Shown piece after piece: positions 27,995 to 38,654 of a DNA stretch of 64,000 nt (positions within the stretch are counted from its first letter, which is position 1; every line of letters begins with the position of its first letter). The stretch is from an uncultured delta proteobacterium (lineage in GTDB: Bacteria > Desulfobacterota > Zymogenia > Zymogenales > Zymogenaceae): contig CAWELC010000006.1 in NCBI GenBank assembly GCA_963809875.1, positions 512,591 through 576,590 of the forward strand. Direction: 5' to 3'. A model generated the notes under the pieces. The model was not told where the DNA came from. It saw only the letters and a list, made by a program, of their open reading frames with translations, and ran no database searches. The position numbers and the translations under genes were made by a program.

Positions 27995-30001
27995 TCAGAT
28001 CGTCAGCGCCTCCTCGAAACCCTCCCGCACCGCGTCGGTGATCTTGCGGGGCCCCTTGGCGTCCCCGATGGTGATGACCGAAACCCCGTCTCTTCGTGCG
28101 CCGGCCGAGAGCTCGTCGACCGAGCGCGCCCCGACGGCGATCACCACGGTGTCGGCCGGGATCTTCTCTTTTCCCTTGTCGGTTTCGACCAGGACCGCGT
28201 CGTCGGTGATCTCCAGGAGCTTCGTGCGGGGCATGAGCTTGACCCCCATGAGCTTCAGGCTCTTCATGAGCGACCAGCGGGCGGTTTTGCTGACGTTGTC
28301 GGCCATCCGGTCCACCATGTCGATCACGACGACCTCCCTTCCCGGGGTGTGGAGGAGCTCTATGGCGTGCAGGGGGTCCTCGGCGTTGTGGTACATCAGA
28401 AAGGTGAAGGCCTCCGGGTCGGGAACGCCCATCGACGTGAGGTAGTGGGCGGTCTCGCATCCGGTGGCGCTGCCGCCGACGATCACCACGCGTTTCCCGA
28501 TATCGGCGATCCGATCAGACAGCACGTCCCACGCGCTCACCACGTGCGGTTTGTCGATCCCCGGGACCCTGATGTCGATGGGCCGCGCTCCGGTCGCCAC
28601 GACCAGGTAGTCGGGCTTTTCCTCTCTCACGGTCTTTTCCGAAACGGCCGCGCCCGTCCTGACCGCCACGCCGAAGTGCTCCATCCGGTTTCTCATCGAG
28701 TCTATGATCTTCTGGAGCTCGTGCTTTCCGGGCGGGACCTTGGCCAGGTTGACCTGGCCGCCGAGCTCCCCCTCCTTCTCGTAGAGGGTCACGTCGTGCC
28801 CGCGCTGGGCGGCGGTGAGGGCGAACTCCATGCCGCCCGGCCCGCCCCCGGCCACGATAACCTTTTTTCTCTTTTCGGCAGGCCGAATCTTCACCTCGTC
28901 TTCCCGGCCGACGGTCGGGTTCAGGACGCAGTGGACCGCCCTGCCGTAAAAGATCGAGTCGAAACACCCCTGGTTGCAGGCGATGCACGAGACGATCTCG
29001 TCAAGGCGTCCCTCCCTCACCTTGTCGGGCAGAGAGGGATCGGCGATCAGCGGCCTGCCCCAGCAGATCATATCGGCCGATCCTGCCCTGAGGACCTTTT
29101 CCGCAAGAGCGGGATCGCCCAGCCGGTTTGAGGCAAATACCGGCACCGAGACGCGCTGCTTGATGCCGCGGGCCAGGTAGGCGTAGACACCCGGAGGGAC
29201 GTTGGTGGTCAGCTGCGGTACGTTGGTTTCGTGCCACCCCCCGGTGACGTTGACCGCGTCCACCCCGGCCTTTTGGGCCGCGGCCGCAAAGGCCGCGGAC
29301 TCGACGTTGGTGTGGCCGCCGTCCATGAAGTCGTTTCCGGCGATCCTGATCCCGACGGCCACGGCGGGCCCCACGGCCTTGCGCACGGCCTGGATCACCT
29401 CGATCCCGAAGCGCATACGGTTTTCGATGGGGCCGCCGTACTCGTCGGTGCGCCGGTTGGTGAGCGGGGAGAGGAACTGGCTGATGAGGTAGCCGGTGCA
29501 CGCGATGATCTCGATATAGTCAAAGCCGGCCTCTTTGGCCCGCCGGGCGGCCGACGCGAACGCCTCCTTGACGGTCTCTATGTCGTCTTTGGTCATCGCC
29601 CGGGGCGTCTCCTTCGTAAGGCGGCTGGGGACGGCCGAGGGCGCGATGGACGTCATGCCCGAAAAAGCGGAATAGGCGTAGCGGCCCATCTGGAAAAGCT
29701 GGGTGCCGATGGTCGCGTCGGTGGTCCGGTGCATCTCGTCGACGAACGAGCGCAGCGGCTCGACGAACCGGTCCTCGAAGAGTCCCGGCATGAAGGGGGC
29801 GCTGCCGACCCGATCGACGGCCAGCGGCCCCACGATCATGAGGCCCACGCCGCCGTGGCCCCGCTCGCGGTAAAAAGATCGATAGCGGTCGTTGAAGGAG
29901 TAGTCGTCCGTCATAAACAGGCCCATGGCCGGCAGGACGATCCGGTTCTTGATCCGGGTCTTGTTGATCGTGATCGGCTGAAAAAGCTTTACAAAATCCA
30001 T
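27995..30001 (-). CDS. Old-yellow-enzyme-type NADH:flavin oxidoreductase / 2,4-dienoyl-CoA reductase-like
   Basis: N-terminal TIM barrel (KNRIVLPAMG), CIACNQGC Fe-S motif, C-terminal VAGGGPGGME dinucleotide fold; 668 aa. Confidence 0.8.
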   Translation of the reverse strand: MDFVKLFQPITINKTRIKNRIVLPAMGLFMTDDYSFNDRYRSFYRERGHGGVGLMIVGPLAVDRVGSAPFMPGLFEDRFVEPLRSFVDEMHRTTDATIGTQLFQMGRYAYSAFSGMTSIAPSAVPSRLTKETPRAMTKDDIETVKEAFASAARRAKEAGFDYIEIIACTGYLISQFLSPLTNRRTDEYGGPIENRMRFGIEVIQAVRKAVGPAVAVGIRIAGNDFMDGGHTNVESAAFAAAAQKAGVDAVNVTGGWHETNVPQLTTNVPPGVYAYLARGIKQRVSVPVFASNRLGDPALAEKVLRAGSADMICWGRPLIADPSLPDKVREGRLDEIVSCIACNQGCFDSIFYGRAVHCVLNPTVGREDEVKIRPAEKRKKVIVAGGGPGGMEFALTAAQRGHDVTLYEKEGELGGQVNLAKVPPGKHELQKIIDSMRNRMEHFGVAVRTGAAVSEKTVREEKPDYLVVATGARPIDIRVPGIDKPHVVSAWDVLSDRIADIGKRVVIVGGSATGCETAHYLTSMGVPDPEAFTFLMYHNAEDPLHAIELLHTPGREVVVIDMVDRMADNVSKTARWSLMKSLKLMGVKLMPRTKLLEITDDAVLVETDKGKEKIPADTVVIAVGARSVDELSAGARRDGVSVITIGDAKGPRKITDAVREGFEEALTI

Positions 30002-30075
30002 AGGTATCTCTCTTCGTAGATGACCCCCGCGGGCTCGACAGTGGACGCGCCGGTGCCCCGGGAGGCGACACGCCG

Positions 30076-30555
30076 CTAGGGTTTCGGAAACGGGCTGGGG
30101 ATCCCCTCCGGCATCTTTCTGATCTGCCAGATGCCGTGGACGATCGAGACGACCTCGCCCGAGGCGTCCTTGATCTCGAGGTCCAGCGTAAAGTCGGCCT
30201 TGCCCTTTTCGGCCGCCTCCTTCACGATACGGTCGGCTTCCTCCCTGGTCATGGTGACCTCGAGCGTCACGTCGGTGAGCGCCGGGCGCCTGAACCGGAT
30301 GCTGACCTCCTTGACGATCGGGACATACTTTTCGGTGTCGAAGCTCGCGCCGTGTATGACGCCGCCGGAGATCTCGCCGATGGAAAAGAGGGAGCCGGCA
30401 TACATCATCCCGATGTGGTTTGCGTTGCCCTCCAGCGGCATCGTCATCTTCACGTAACGCTCGCTCATGTCGGTGATCTTAAGTCCCGTCCTTTTTATGG
30501 CCGGGATACCGTTCTGGCAATAATCCGCGATGACCTTGTATCCCTGTCCGATCAT
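30076..30555 (-). CDS. Hotdog-fold thioesterase (PaaI/DUF4442-like)
   Basis: 159 aa; NANHIGMMYAGSLFSIGE region typical of hotdog thioesterases. Confidence 0.6.
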   Translation of the reverse strand: MIGQGYKVIADYCQNGIPAIKRTGLKITDMSERYVKMTMPLEGNANHIGMMYAGSLFSIGEISGGVIHGASFDTEKYVPIVKEVSIRFRRPALTDVTLEVTMTREEADRIVKEAAEKGKADFTLDLEIKDASGEVVSIVHGIWQIRKMPEGIPSPFPKP

Positions 30556-30595
30556 GGTTACCTCCGTGTGTCATGGACGAAAAGGCATGGCATTT

Positions 30596-31405
30596 CTATT
30601 TTCGCTTCCATTGCGGGTCCCGTTTTTCGATGAGGGCCTGCACCCCCTCCTTGAAGTCTTCGGAGCGCAGCAGAATACTCTGGATTCCCGCCTCCATGTC
30701 AAGGTGGGTCATGAGGTCGACCCCCTCGCCCCGCTTGATGACCCGTTTGGCGGCACCGACGGCCAGGGGCGCCATCTTGATGATGTCCCTCGCCAGGTTT
30801 TCGGCCTGGGCCAGCAGCTGGTCGGGCGGATAGATGTAATTGACAATCCCCCAGTCGAGGGCCTGCTGCGCCGAATACATCTTGCCGGTCATGAGGATTT
30901 CCATGGCCCGGGACTGGCCGACGATCCGTGAGAGCCGGGCGGTACCCCCCAGGTCGGGTATGACGCCGTACTTGAGCTCCTGCATGCCCCACGTGCAGTC
31001 GTCGCTCATCAGCCGTATGTCGCAGACCAGGGAAAACTCGACGCCCAGCCCGTAGGCACGGTTGTGCATGGCGCAGATGATGGGTATCTCGATGGTCTCC
31101 AGGCGGTTGAGGATGCTCTGGAACCGGTGGATATCGGAGCGAATCAGGCCGCCTCCCGCGGCGGCATCGGGCATGAACCTTCCGACAAGGCCGGCCAGGG
31201 AGTTGAAATCAACCCCTGACGAAAAGAGTTTCCCCTCGCCCTTGACGATGATGACCCGAACTTCCGGGTCGATGATGAGGTCCTCGACCATCCGGGTTAT
31301 CGCCTCCAGCATCTCAAACGAAATGGCGTTGCGCTTCTCGGGGCGGTTGAGAGTGATATAAAAGATATTTCCCTTCTTTTCTCCGATGACCGCTTGGTCC
31401 GTCAT
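30596..31405 (-). CDS. Enoyl-CoA hydratase/isomerase (crotonase family)
   Basis: ITLNRPEKRNA, GEGKLFSSGVD, NRAYGLGVEFSLVCD oxyanion-hole motifs. Confidence 0.85.
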   Translation of the reverse strand: MTDQAVIGEKKGNIFYITLNRPEKRNAISFEMLEAITRMVEDLIIDPEVRVIIVKGEGKLFSSGVDFNSLAGLVGRFMPDAAAGGGLIRSDIHRFQSILNRLETIEIPIICAMHNRAYGLGVEFSLVCDIRLMSDDCTWGMQELKYGVIPDLGGTARLSRIVGQSRAMEILMTGKMYSAQQALDWGIVNYIYPPDQLLAQAENLARDIIKMAPLAVGAAKRVIKRGEGVDLMTHLDMEAGIQSILLRSEDFKEGVQALIEKRDPQWKRK

Positions 31406-31451
31406 GTATGCCTCCGGTCCCCCCGGGCGCGGCCCGGGGGATATCGGTATA

Positions 31452-32444
31452 TTACGCGGAAAGCTTCTTCCTTGCCTTTTCGAGATGCGCGACGGCCTCC
31501 TTGGCCATCCGATCCAGCAGCTCCTGCACGGACGGGATATCCTTGATGAAGCCGATGGACTGGCCCACCATCAGGGGGGCGTAGTCGACGTCGCCGTTGT
31601 CCCACGAGTTCTTGATCCGCTCGCCGCCCATCAGGGGGATCAGCTCCTCGAGCCCGCCGCCCCTGGCCTCGATGGCGAGGATATCCGTGATATTCTTGTT
31701 CTTGAGAGCGCGGCCCTGCAGCCCGATGGACTTGCCGAAGAGGGTGGTCTCGTACTCCTGGCGATTAATCAGCTCCTGCTTGATCTTGTCGTGGCAGACG
31801 CATTCCTTGGTGGCGATGAAGCGCGACGCCATCATGACGCCCTCCGCCCCCAGGGTAAGCGCCGCAGCCACCGACCTGCCGTCGGCGATGCCGCCCACGG
31901 TGACGACCGGGAGCTTGACGGTGTCGGCGATCCGGGGGGTCAGGACCATGGTGGTGACGTCGTCGTTGAGGGGATGGCCGCCTTCTTCGATGCCGGCGGC
32001 GTAGATGCCGTCGTAGCCCGCCTTCTCGGCGTGGACGGCGTGCCGGATCGCCCCGACCTTGTGGAACAGTTTGACGCCCGCCTTCTTGAGCGTCTCGACG
32101 GCCTCCGGGCCGATGCCTTTGTCCAGGGGAGAGCCGGAGACCTCGATGCCGGCGACCTTCTCCTCGGCGCAGACCTTGACGTACATCTTGTGGTGCTCGG
32201 GAGAGATGCGCACGGAGGGGAGGATGGTGATTCCCACCATGAAGGGTTTATCGGTAAGTTTTCTTGTTTCCTTGATGGCGTTTCTGAATTCGTCTTCGGT
32301 GTTGTAGTTGCCCGCGGTGATGTTTCCGATGCCGCCGGCGTTGCTGATGGCGGCGCAGAGCTTGGGGGTGCACAGCCACATCATCGCGCCGCAGATGATG
32401 GGGTACTTGACGCCGAACATTTCGGTGATCCTCGTCTTGAACAT
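31452..32444 (-). CDS. Nitronate monooxygenase / FabK-like FMN enzyme
   Basis: YPIICGAMMW, GGIGNI, AAGIEEGGH, VTVGGIADGR motifs of the NMO family. Confidence 0.8.
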   Translation of the reverse strand: MFKTRITEMFGVKYPIICGAMMWLCTPKLCAAISNAGGIGNITAGNYNTEDEFRNAIKETRKLTDKPFMVGITILPSVRISPEHHKMYVKVCAEEKVAGIEVSGSPLDKGIGPEAVETLKKAGVKLFHKVGAIRHAVHAEKAGYDGIYAAGIEEGGHPLNDDVTTMVLTPRIADTVKLPVVTVGGIADGRSVAAALTLGAEGVMMASRFIATKECVCHDKIKQELINRQEYETTLFGKSIGLQGRALKNKNITDILAIEARGGGLEELIPLMGGERIKNSWDNGDVDYAPLMVGQSIGFIKDIPSVQELLDRMAKEAVAHLEKARKKLSA

Positions 32445-32545
32445 GAGCTCCTCCTCAAGGGGTTATGTCGGTTCCTTATCGGGTATGTTTGCTTAAAGGT
32501 CGCCGGAGTCGGTAACGACGACCGAAGCGTGTCCTATATGCAGGT

Positions 32546-32564
32546 CTTAAAGTATAACTTTAAG
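32546..32564. promoter_or_regulatory. Perfect palindrome upstream of the minus-strand operon (candidate operator)
   Basis: cttaaagt-ata-actttaag, about 100 nt upstream of the NMO start (32444). Confidence 0.3.
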
Positions 32565-32842
32565 CTTTAGGAATATATAGCAGACCCGGACGGTTGTGTC
32601 AACAGTTTTCGGCGGGTGGAATATTTTTTCCGTACGGATTTCAGGAAGCGGGACGTGCAACCACCGGCGGGCCGTGACGAATCCGAAGGGCGGCCGGACA
32701 CTCGGGACCGAGCCGGGCGGGTTCGGAGGCCGTCTTCCGGTGACGGCACCCGTCACGCCGGGCGTGATTGTCGATGGTGGTGTCAGGAGGGATCGGAGAG
32801 GAAACGGGGGGTTACCCCCCCGTCTCGATACGAAAGTCCGGC

Positions 32843-34117
32843 CTATTCTTTTTCGAGGGTATGATCCCTGACCTTTTCCTGGTCGGCCGGGTAGTGGCGG
32901 GAGCCGAAGAAGAAGAGCGCGCCCCCGACGAGTCCGCCGGCCGACATGATCGTCAGCGCGATCCTGAGCCCGGCCTCCCCGCCGCCCAGGGAGTCCGAGA
33001 TACCCCCCACCAGCATCGGGGCCCAGCCGCCGCCCAGTACGTACATCACGAAGACCGCCATACCCCATGCCATGCTCTTGAGGCCCGGGTTCACCACGTC
33101 CTGGGTGATCGAGGCCAGCGCCGGCAGGGCCGACATCGTAAAGAAGCACCAGACGAGCGCGAGGCCAAAGCCGACGCCCGCGACGTTCAACTGGAGGCCG
33201 ACGATGATAAAGAGGGCCGCCAGGATATCGGCCACGGCCGCCCAGAGCATCCTTCCCCGGGGGCTCTTCTTCTGCCAGAAGTCGGCCAGTATCCCCCCGA
33301 GGGGGGCGCCGAACACCGCCATGAGGCTGATGATCCCCAGGAGCATCCCGGCCTTATCCTCGGCGATGCTTCGCGATCTCATGAAATATGCCGAAAGCCA
33401 GGTAAGGAGGGAAAAGGCCATGACGTTGTGCATGACGTGGCCGAGGTAGAGCCACCTGAGGGTGGGGATCCGAAAGAGGGCGGCGGCCGACGAGAAAAAG
33501 CCGAGCCGGTTGCCGCCCGCGTCCACCTCATCGGCGGTCTTGTAGTCGCGCAGAAAGAACGCCGCCACCCCCAGGATAATCCCCGGTAAGGCGAACACGA
33601 AAAAGGGCGTCTGCCATCCATACTTCTTCGAGAGGAGTCCGCCGAGGATCACGCCGAAGACCGCGCCGAGGCCCGAGAAAAGCGAGAAGACCCCCAGGAC
33701 GGCAGCCCTCGATTTCTTCGGGTAGGAGGCCGAAACCATGGCGGTGCCGCCCGCGGTAAAGCCCGCCTCGCCAACCCCGACGATCGCCCGGGGGAGGACC
33801 ACGCCGATGAAACTCCTGCCCAGTCCCGTCAGATAGGTGAAGACACTCCAGATGATGGCCATGAGCGCCACCGCCTTGCGGCGGCTCCAGCGGTCAGCGA
33901 GGTAGGCCACTGGAAAAGAGAAGAGGGCGATGCCGAGGAGAAAGATCGTCTGGATGGCACCCGCCTGAAGGTCGGTCAAGCCCAGATCGATCCGCATCGG
34001 CTCCAGGACCGCCGAAAGAACCTGACGGTCCATGAAGTTGATCAGATAGAGTAACGACATCACCAGGAGCACCATGTGGGCGCCGGCGCCGCCCGTCGGG
34101 AATTTCTTGTCGGCCAT
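32843..34117 (-). CDS. MFS transporter
   Basis: 424 aa, 12 TM segments, MFS loop motif YLADRWSRRK. Confidence 0.8.
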   Translation of the reverse strand: MADKKFPTGGAGAHMVLLVMSLLYLINFMDRQVLSAVLEPMRIDLGLTDLQAGAIQTIFLLGIALFSFPVAYLADRWSRRKAVALMAIIWSVFTYLTGLGRSFIGVVLPRAIVGVGEAGFTAGGTAMVSASYPKKSRAAVLGVFSLFSGLGAVFGVILGGLLSKKYGWQTPFFVFALPGIILGVAAFFLRDYKTADEVDAGGNRLGFFSSAAALFRIPTLRWLYLGHVMHNVMAFSLLTWLSAYFMRSRSIAEDKAGMLLGIISLMAVFGAPLGGILADFWQKKSPRGRMLWAAVADILAALFIIVGLQLNVAGVGFGLALVWCFFTMSALPALASITQDVVNPGLKSMAWGMAVFVMYVLGGGWAPMLVGGISDSLGGGEAGLRIALTIMSAGGLVGGALFFFGSRHYPADQEKVRDHTLEKE

Positions 34118-34350
34118 GTCTCATCTCCTCCCCATAATAGGTAATGCTGATTACAAAAACTTGCCTAATAAAGCTTTACCATATACACAATCGGCACCTT
34201 TGACAAGTAAAAAGTTGTCGCACATTGGAAGTTGCGGTATAGTAAAGGAGGACGGACGACGGGTCTCCCGGCCCTTCTGAGATATGATCGTGAGATATGA
34301 TAGTTCCCTGCGGGCGCCCGAGCGCCCGCACGCAGAGAAAGGACACCGAA

Positions 34351-35226
34351 ATGGATATCGCGCGCGTGAGAGGCTTGTTCTTGACCGCCATTCTTATGAT
34401 GCCTGCGGCCTGCTCCCTGGCGCCGTCCCCGCAGCCGCCCGTGGCCCTGCTCTGGTCCACACCGATCTACGACAGGCTGATCGTCGATATCGAGAAGGCC
34501 GAGGGGCGTCCCTTCGACTCCATCAGGGGAATCGTCGAGGATCGGATTACCCGCGCACCGGTCTTTCCCCCGGCCACCGAAAAGGTCCGGTCCGACGAGC
34601 TCTTCCTGCTGTCGCCGCGTAACACCGAGCTACGCCCGTCGGTCTGGGATCGCACCTTTACCTGGAACCTTGCCGAGGGGGGGAGGGACTATACCCTGCA
34701 CGCCTACTCAAAAGACAACGAGGTTCTCCGCCGGACGATGGGAAACGCCCGCCGCGCCGTTGTGTCCGGGCCCGACGCTCCCTTCGTTCCCGGGGTAGCC
34801 TATTCATGGGACGTATCGCTCTGCGCAGGGCGGTGCAACCTCCATCTCTCGTCGCGGGCCGCCCTCCGTCCGACGTTCACGCTCATGACGCCGGCCGAAG
34901 AGACGGTGGTCGCCTCGGACCTCTCGGCGGTTCAGGCGTGGTGTGACGGGGCGGGGCTCGTCGGCTCGGAGGAGGCAACGGCGCTTGAGGCGCTCACCCT
35001 GGAGGCGTCGGGCCTGTTCATGGAGGAACAACAGCTGCTCGATAAGGAACTGAAAAAGCGGCCCGGCTCCGTGCTGCTTCACCTGGTACGTTCGGGGGGC
35101 CTGTCGGCGATGAACTCGCCCTACGGCGCCCGCGACGACTATGAAAAGGCCCGGGCTCTGGCCGAGAAGGAGACGGGGGGCGCGGCGGGGGAGATCCGGC
35201 CCGGCCCTTCGGGCGCGCATGAGTGA
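34351..35226 (+). CDS. Hypothetical lipoprotein
   Basis: ATG 34351. Signal peptide with lipobox-like MMPAAC; no recognisable domain. Confidence 0.5.
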   Translation: MDIARVRGLFLTAILMMPAACSLAPSPQPPVALLWSTPIYDRLIVDIEKAEGRPFDSIRGIVEDRITRAPVFPPATEKVRSDELFLLSPRNTELRPSVWDRTFTWNLAEGGRDYTLHAYSKDNEVLRRTMGNARRAVVSGPDAPFVPGVAYSWDVSLCAGRCNLHLSSRAALRPTFTLMTPAEETVVASDLSAVQAWCDGAGLVGSEEATALEALTLEASGLFMEEQQLLDKELKKRPGSVLLHLVRSGGLSAMNSPYGARDDYEKARALAEKETGGAAGEIRPGPSGAHE

Positions 35227-36057
35227 GATGACCCGGTCCGATTTCCTCGCGATCGAGCCGGAGGAGCTTGCCCGGGCCTCGGGGACGCGCCTTGAGATCG
35301 TCACGGACGACGCCGCCATCTCGAGGCGCTTTGCCGAAGAGATGACCGGCGAGATCCGGCACAACAACCGGCTCGGGAGGACTACCTCCCTTATCCTGCC
35401 TGTCGGGCCGCGGGGGGGATACCCGCTCTTCGTCGATGCGGTCAAGCAGACAATCCCTTGATCTTTCCCGGACGACCTTCTTCTTCATGGACGAGTACCT
35501 GGACGAAGGCGGCCGGTATATCCCCGAGGACAGATCCCCTTTCGTTTCGGGGTTTTGTCCGCGCGAGCCTGACAGCCGGGCTGTCGGGCCATCCGGGCTT
35601 TGACCCGGCGCGCGTGCACTTTCCCGACCCCGAAAACCCCGACGGGTACGGACGGCAGATAGAGGACGCCGGAGGGATCGACCTGGCGCTGGCGGGCGTG
35701 GGGATCGACGGGCACGTGGCCTTCAACGAGCCGGAGCCGGCGATGAGCGCGGAAGAATTTTCACAATTGACCACGCGAATCGTCTCGCTCACGCCCGAGA
35801 CCAGGACGATCAACGCGGCGATGGAGGCGGGCGGGGCCGTCGATCTCATCCCCCGGCGCGCGGTCACCGTGGGGATGGCCGAGATACTGGCGGCGCGGCG
35901 GATCGTGGTCTTCATGAACCGGGGATGGCAAAAGGCGGTGGTCAGGAAATTCCTCTTCGGGCAGATCACTGCCGGCTTTCCCGTATCGCTGCTGCGGGGG
36001 CACGCCGACCTTTCGGTGGTCATCACGGCCCAAGTCGCCGGTTTACCGCTCGCATGA
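35219..36057 (+). pseudogene. Glucosamine-6-phosphate deaminase / 6-phosphogluconolactonase-family protein, two +1 frame breaks (about 35457 and 35531)
   Basis: Frame 2 reads LILPVGPRGGYPLF...KQTIP*. Frame 3 reads LDLSRTTFFFMDEYLDEGGRYIPED. Frame 1 reads DPLSFRGF...GIDLALAGVGIDGHVAFNEP... Confidence 0.75.
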
Positions 36058-36085
36058 AAAAGGAGAGGATGTCACGGGAAAATCC

Positions 36086-36757
36086 ATGAAATCCGGACAC
36101 CGGGGCGGCGTATCTGACGGGACATCCGGAGGGAGCCGCCTGGACCTCCACGTCCACACCTCTATCGGCTCCCCCTGCGCGTTCTACGATCCGCTGGACA
36201 TTCCCCGGTACGCCGAGGCCGCGGGGCTGGCGGGTGTCGTGATCACCGACCACAACTTCGGCTGGGCGGAAAACGCGCTCTCACCGAACGCCTACGACAA
36301 CCTTGCCGCGGCCTTCGCCGAACGGGGGCTTCTGATGCTGATCGGCATGGAGGTCTCGACGATCGAGGGAGACATCCTGGTCTACCCCCCGGATATTACC
36401 GCCCTGATGGGGGCGCTGCCCGGAGGATTCGGGCGGATGGATTTTGAGGTCGAGGAAGTCATCGGCGCGGCCGATCGTCTCGGGGCGCTGGCGGTGCTGG
36501 CCCATCCCCACACCTACCCGAAGCAGCCTCCCCATGCGATAGAGCGCTTCAACGGATCCCGGGGCGCCTTCTACAACCCGTACAACGTGCCCGAGGTGGG
36601 CGGGAGCGACGCGCACTTCCCCTGGGGAGTGGGGGCGGCGTATACGGAGTTCGGTCAACGGGTTGCGGGGATCGACGAGCTCATTCGGCTGGTGAAACAG
36701 GGGATGTGCCGCCCGGGCAGAAAGCGGCGCGAAGAGCAGAACAGCGTAAAACCATAG
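36086..36757 (+). CDS. PHP-domain metal-dependent phosphoesterase
   Basis: LDLHVHTSIGS, VVITDHN, LAHPH, GGSDAH motifs. Confidence 0.8.
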   Translation: MKSGHRGGVSDGTSGGSRLDLHVHTSIGSPCAFYDPLDIPRYAEAAGLAGVVITDHNFGWAENALSPNAYDNLAAAFAERGLLMLIGMEVSTIEGDILVYPPDITALMGALPGGFGRMDFEVEEVIGAADRLGALAVLAHPHTYPKQPPHAIERFNGSRGAFYNPYNVPEVGGSDAHFPWGVGAAYTEFGQRVAGIDELIRLVKQGMCRPGRKRREEQNSVKP

Positions 36758-36807
36758 CGCCGGTCCGCGCGACCCCCGTGCCGGCGTTCATCCATCTCCC
36801 GGTCCGC

Positions 36808-38350
36808 CTAATCCTCCTTTTGCCCCCAGGGGATCACCTCAAAGAGGTAGAGGTTGCTGATCGACTCCGAATAGGGGTAGGTGATCTTCAGGAACCGGGC
36901 CGAGAATCGTCTGTCCGTCAGCACGATACGCTCGGCGTTTCGGGTGGGGTCATCGATTTCCGTGGACGAGGTGAGGCTCCTCACCACGCAGGTGTCGACC
37001 CGCTTCTCCTCCCCGGAAAAATCCCCGGTGTCCGACGCGTAGAGGCAGAGCCGGTTTTTTGACGGTACAATGTCGGGCTTCGTGACGGTCGCCACGATGT
37101 CAACGCCGTCTATCTCGTATTCTTTCGAAAGGTCGATGGTCCACTCGCCGTTCAGCGGCAGGATGTAGGGAGTCGACGGGTTGCCGTCGGCCGCCGCGCG
37201 CGACGTATACGGGTCGGAGCCGCCCGTCTCGTAGTGCCAGGCGCCCGGGGCCGTCAGGAGATTGACCTTATCGTCCGGGGCCAGGACGGCAAACTCGCCG
37301 GCGTCTTTCCCCGCCTTTTCGGCTGTCTCGAAATCCCCTTCTTCGAAATCGTCCCGCCCAAGGGAAACGTCCGTCGTCAGGTTGGCGAGATTGCCCCGAA
37401 ATCTGAACGCGGCCAGCCGCGCTTTGGTCTCCCATCCGGGTATGACATCGGCCACGGCGGGGGACAACCCGACGCGCTCCGGCATGGTCACGGGAAAAGA
37501 GACCGGGTGATCGCGGGAATAGGTCAGGGGATTATATTTCTTGAGGAGACCGGGGAACTTGGCAAAATCGATCCCGTCGGGAATCTTATAGGCAACCGGC
37601 TCGAAGAAGTAGGGGATCGCCGCCCTTTTCGGTGTCCCCGGGGCGACGATAAAGAGATCCACCGCCGACACCCCGGATGTCATACGCGATATCGTGAGGG
37701 GGACGAAAAGGGAGTCGCTCTTGAAGCGAATAAGAACGGGGTCCACGGCCGCCTTTTTCTCGCCGATGGTCACGACGTCGAAGATAAAGTAGTTGATATT
37801 CCGCGCGAGGTAGTCGGCGACGACGGGCAGCTGCCTCTCGATCTTCGGCGCGGGGTTTTCGACTCCTTCGCGTTTCATGAGGTCGCCGGCCCACGTTTCG
37901 AAGGCCTCAGAACTCTCTATCCTCACGACGCTGATCGTGCGGGGGCCGATGGTGGTCTCGGAGATCGGCTGGATGCCGAGCACGGCGGGTTTATTGGTCT
38001 TCCTGCCGTCAACGACAAGCCCGATCTTCGGGGCCTTCTTTGCGATGAGGGCCTCCAGTCTGGCGAGGAGTTCGCCCGACGTCTTCTCGACGGTGGGGCG
38101 GGCGGGCACGGCAATATACCGGATGACCGGCGCGGATCTCGAAGCGGCAATCTCCGCGGTCATGATGAGGGCTTCCTCCGTTCCCCCCCATGCGGCGATG
38201 ATCTCCTGGCGCGATTCGGCCAGATAGACGTATTGATCGGACATCGGGATAAGCGCCTGCCCGGCAACGGAGGGGCAGGGAAAAGCAAAGAGCGAGTGCG
38301 CAAAACGAAAGGATCGCTGATACGAACAGAATCCAGGGGGGGCGTTTCAT
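36808..38350 (-). pseudogene. Secreted hypothetical protein (DUF2330-like N-terminal region, discoidin-like C-terminus?), signal peptide separated by a +1 break near 38270
   Basis: ATG 38350 encodes MKRPPWILFVSAILSFCALALCFSLP. One frame over it continues SVAGQALIPMSDQYVYLAE... into ORF 36808..38244. C-terminal RFLKITYP...LFEVIPWG. Confidence 0.55.
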
Positions 38351-38654
38351 GTTTTCACTTCTTTCGGGAGGGATTTTTGGATATATCCAAATGTATTTGT
38401 TTCTATACCTTTTTCTGAAAATGTCAAGAAAATCTTTAATTTCCCGGCGGCCGCAGGCAGCCCGATGGCGGGGGGCTTTCCCGCGTTTTCGCTCGCGACG
38501 GACGGGAGGCGCTATGAAAAACGCGCCGCCGGCCGGTGTCCGGGGGGCGTACGTATCGCCGCCGCGCGCCTTCACCCGCCCCCCAATTATTTTGACATCC
38601 CTTCAATATCATGCTATAGCCCAAGGGGAACAATACGAAAGAGGAGGTATCGCC

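Noticed and set aside
38580-38654. Sigma70 promoter call for the TPP enzyme gene (ttgaca at about 38593)
   Set aside because: The best-spaced -10 candidate (tatagc) lacks the invariant final T, and alternative -10 hexamers have the wrong spacing. Not supportable.
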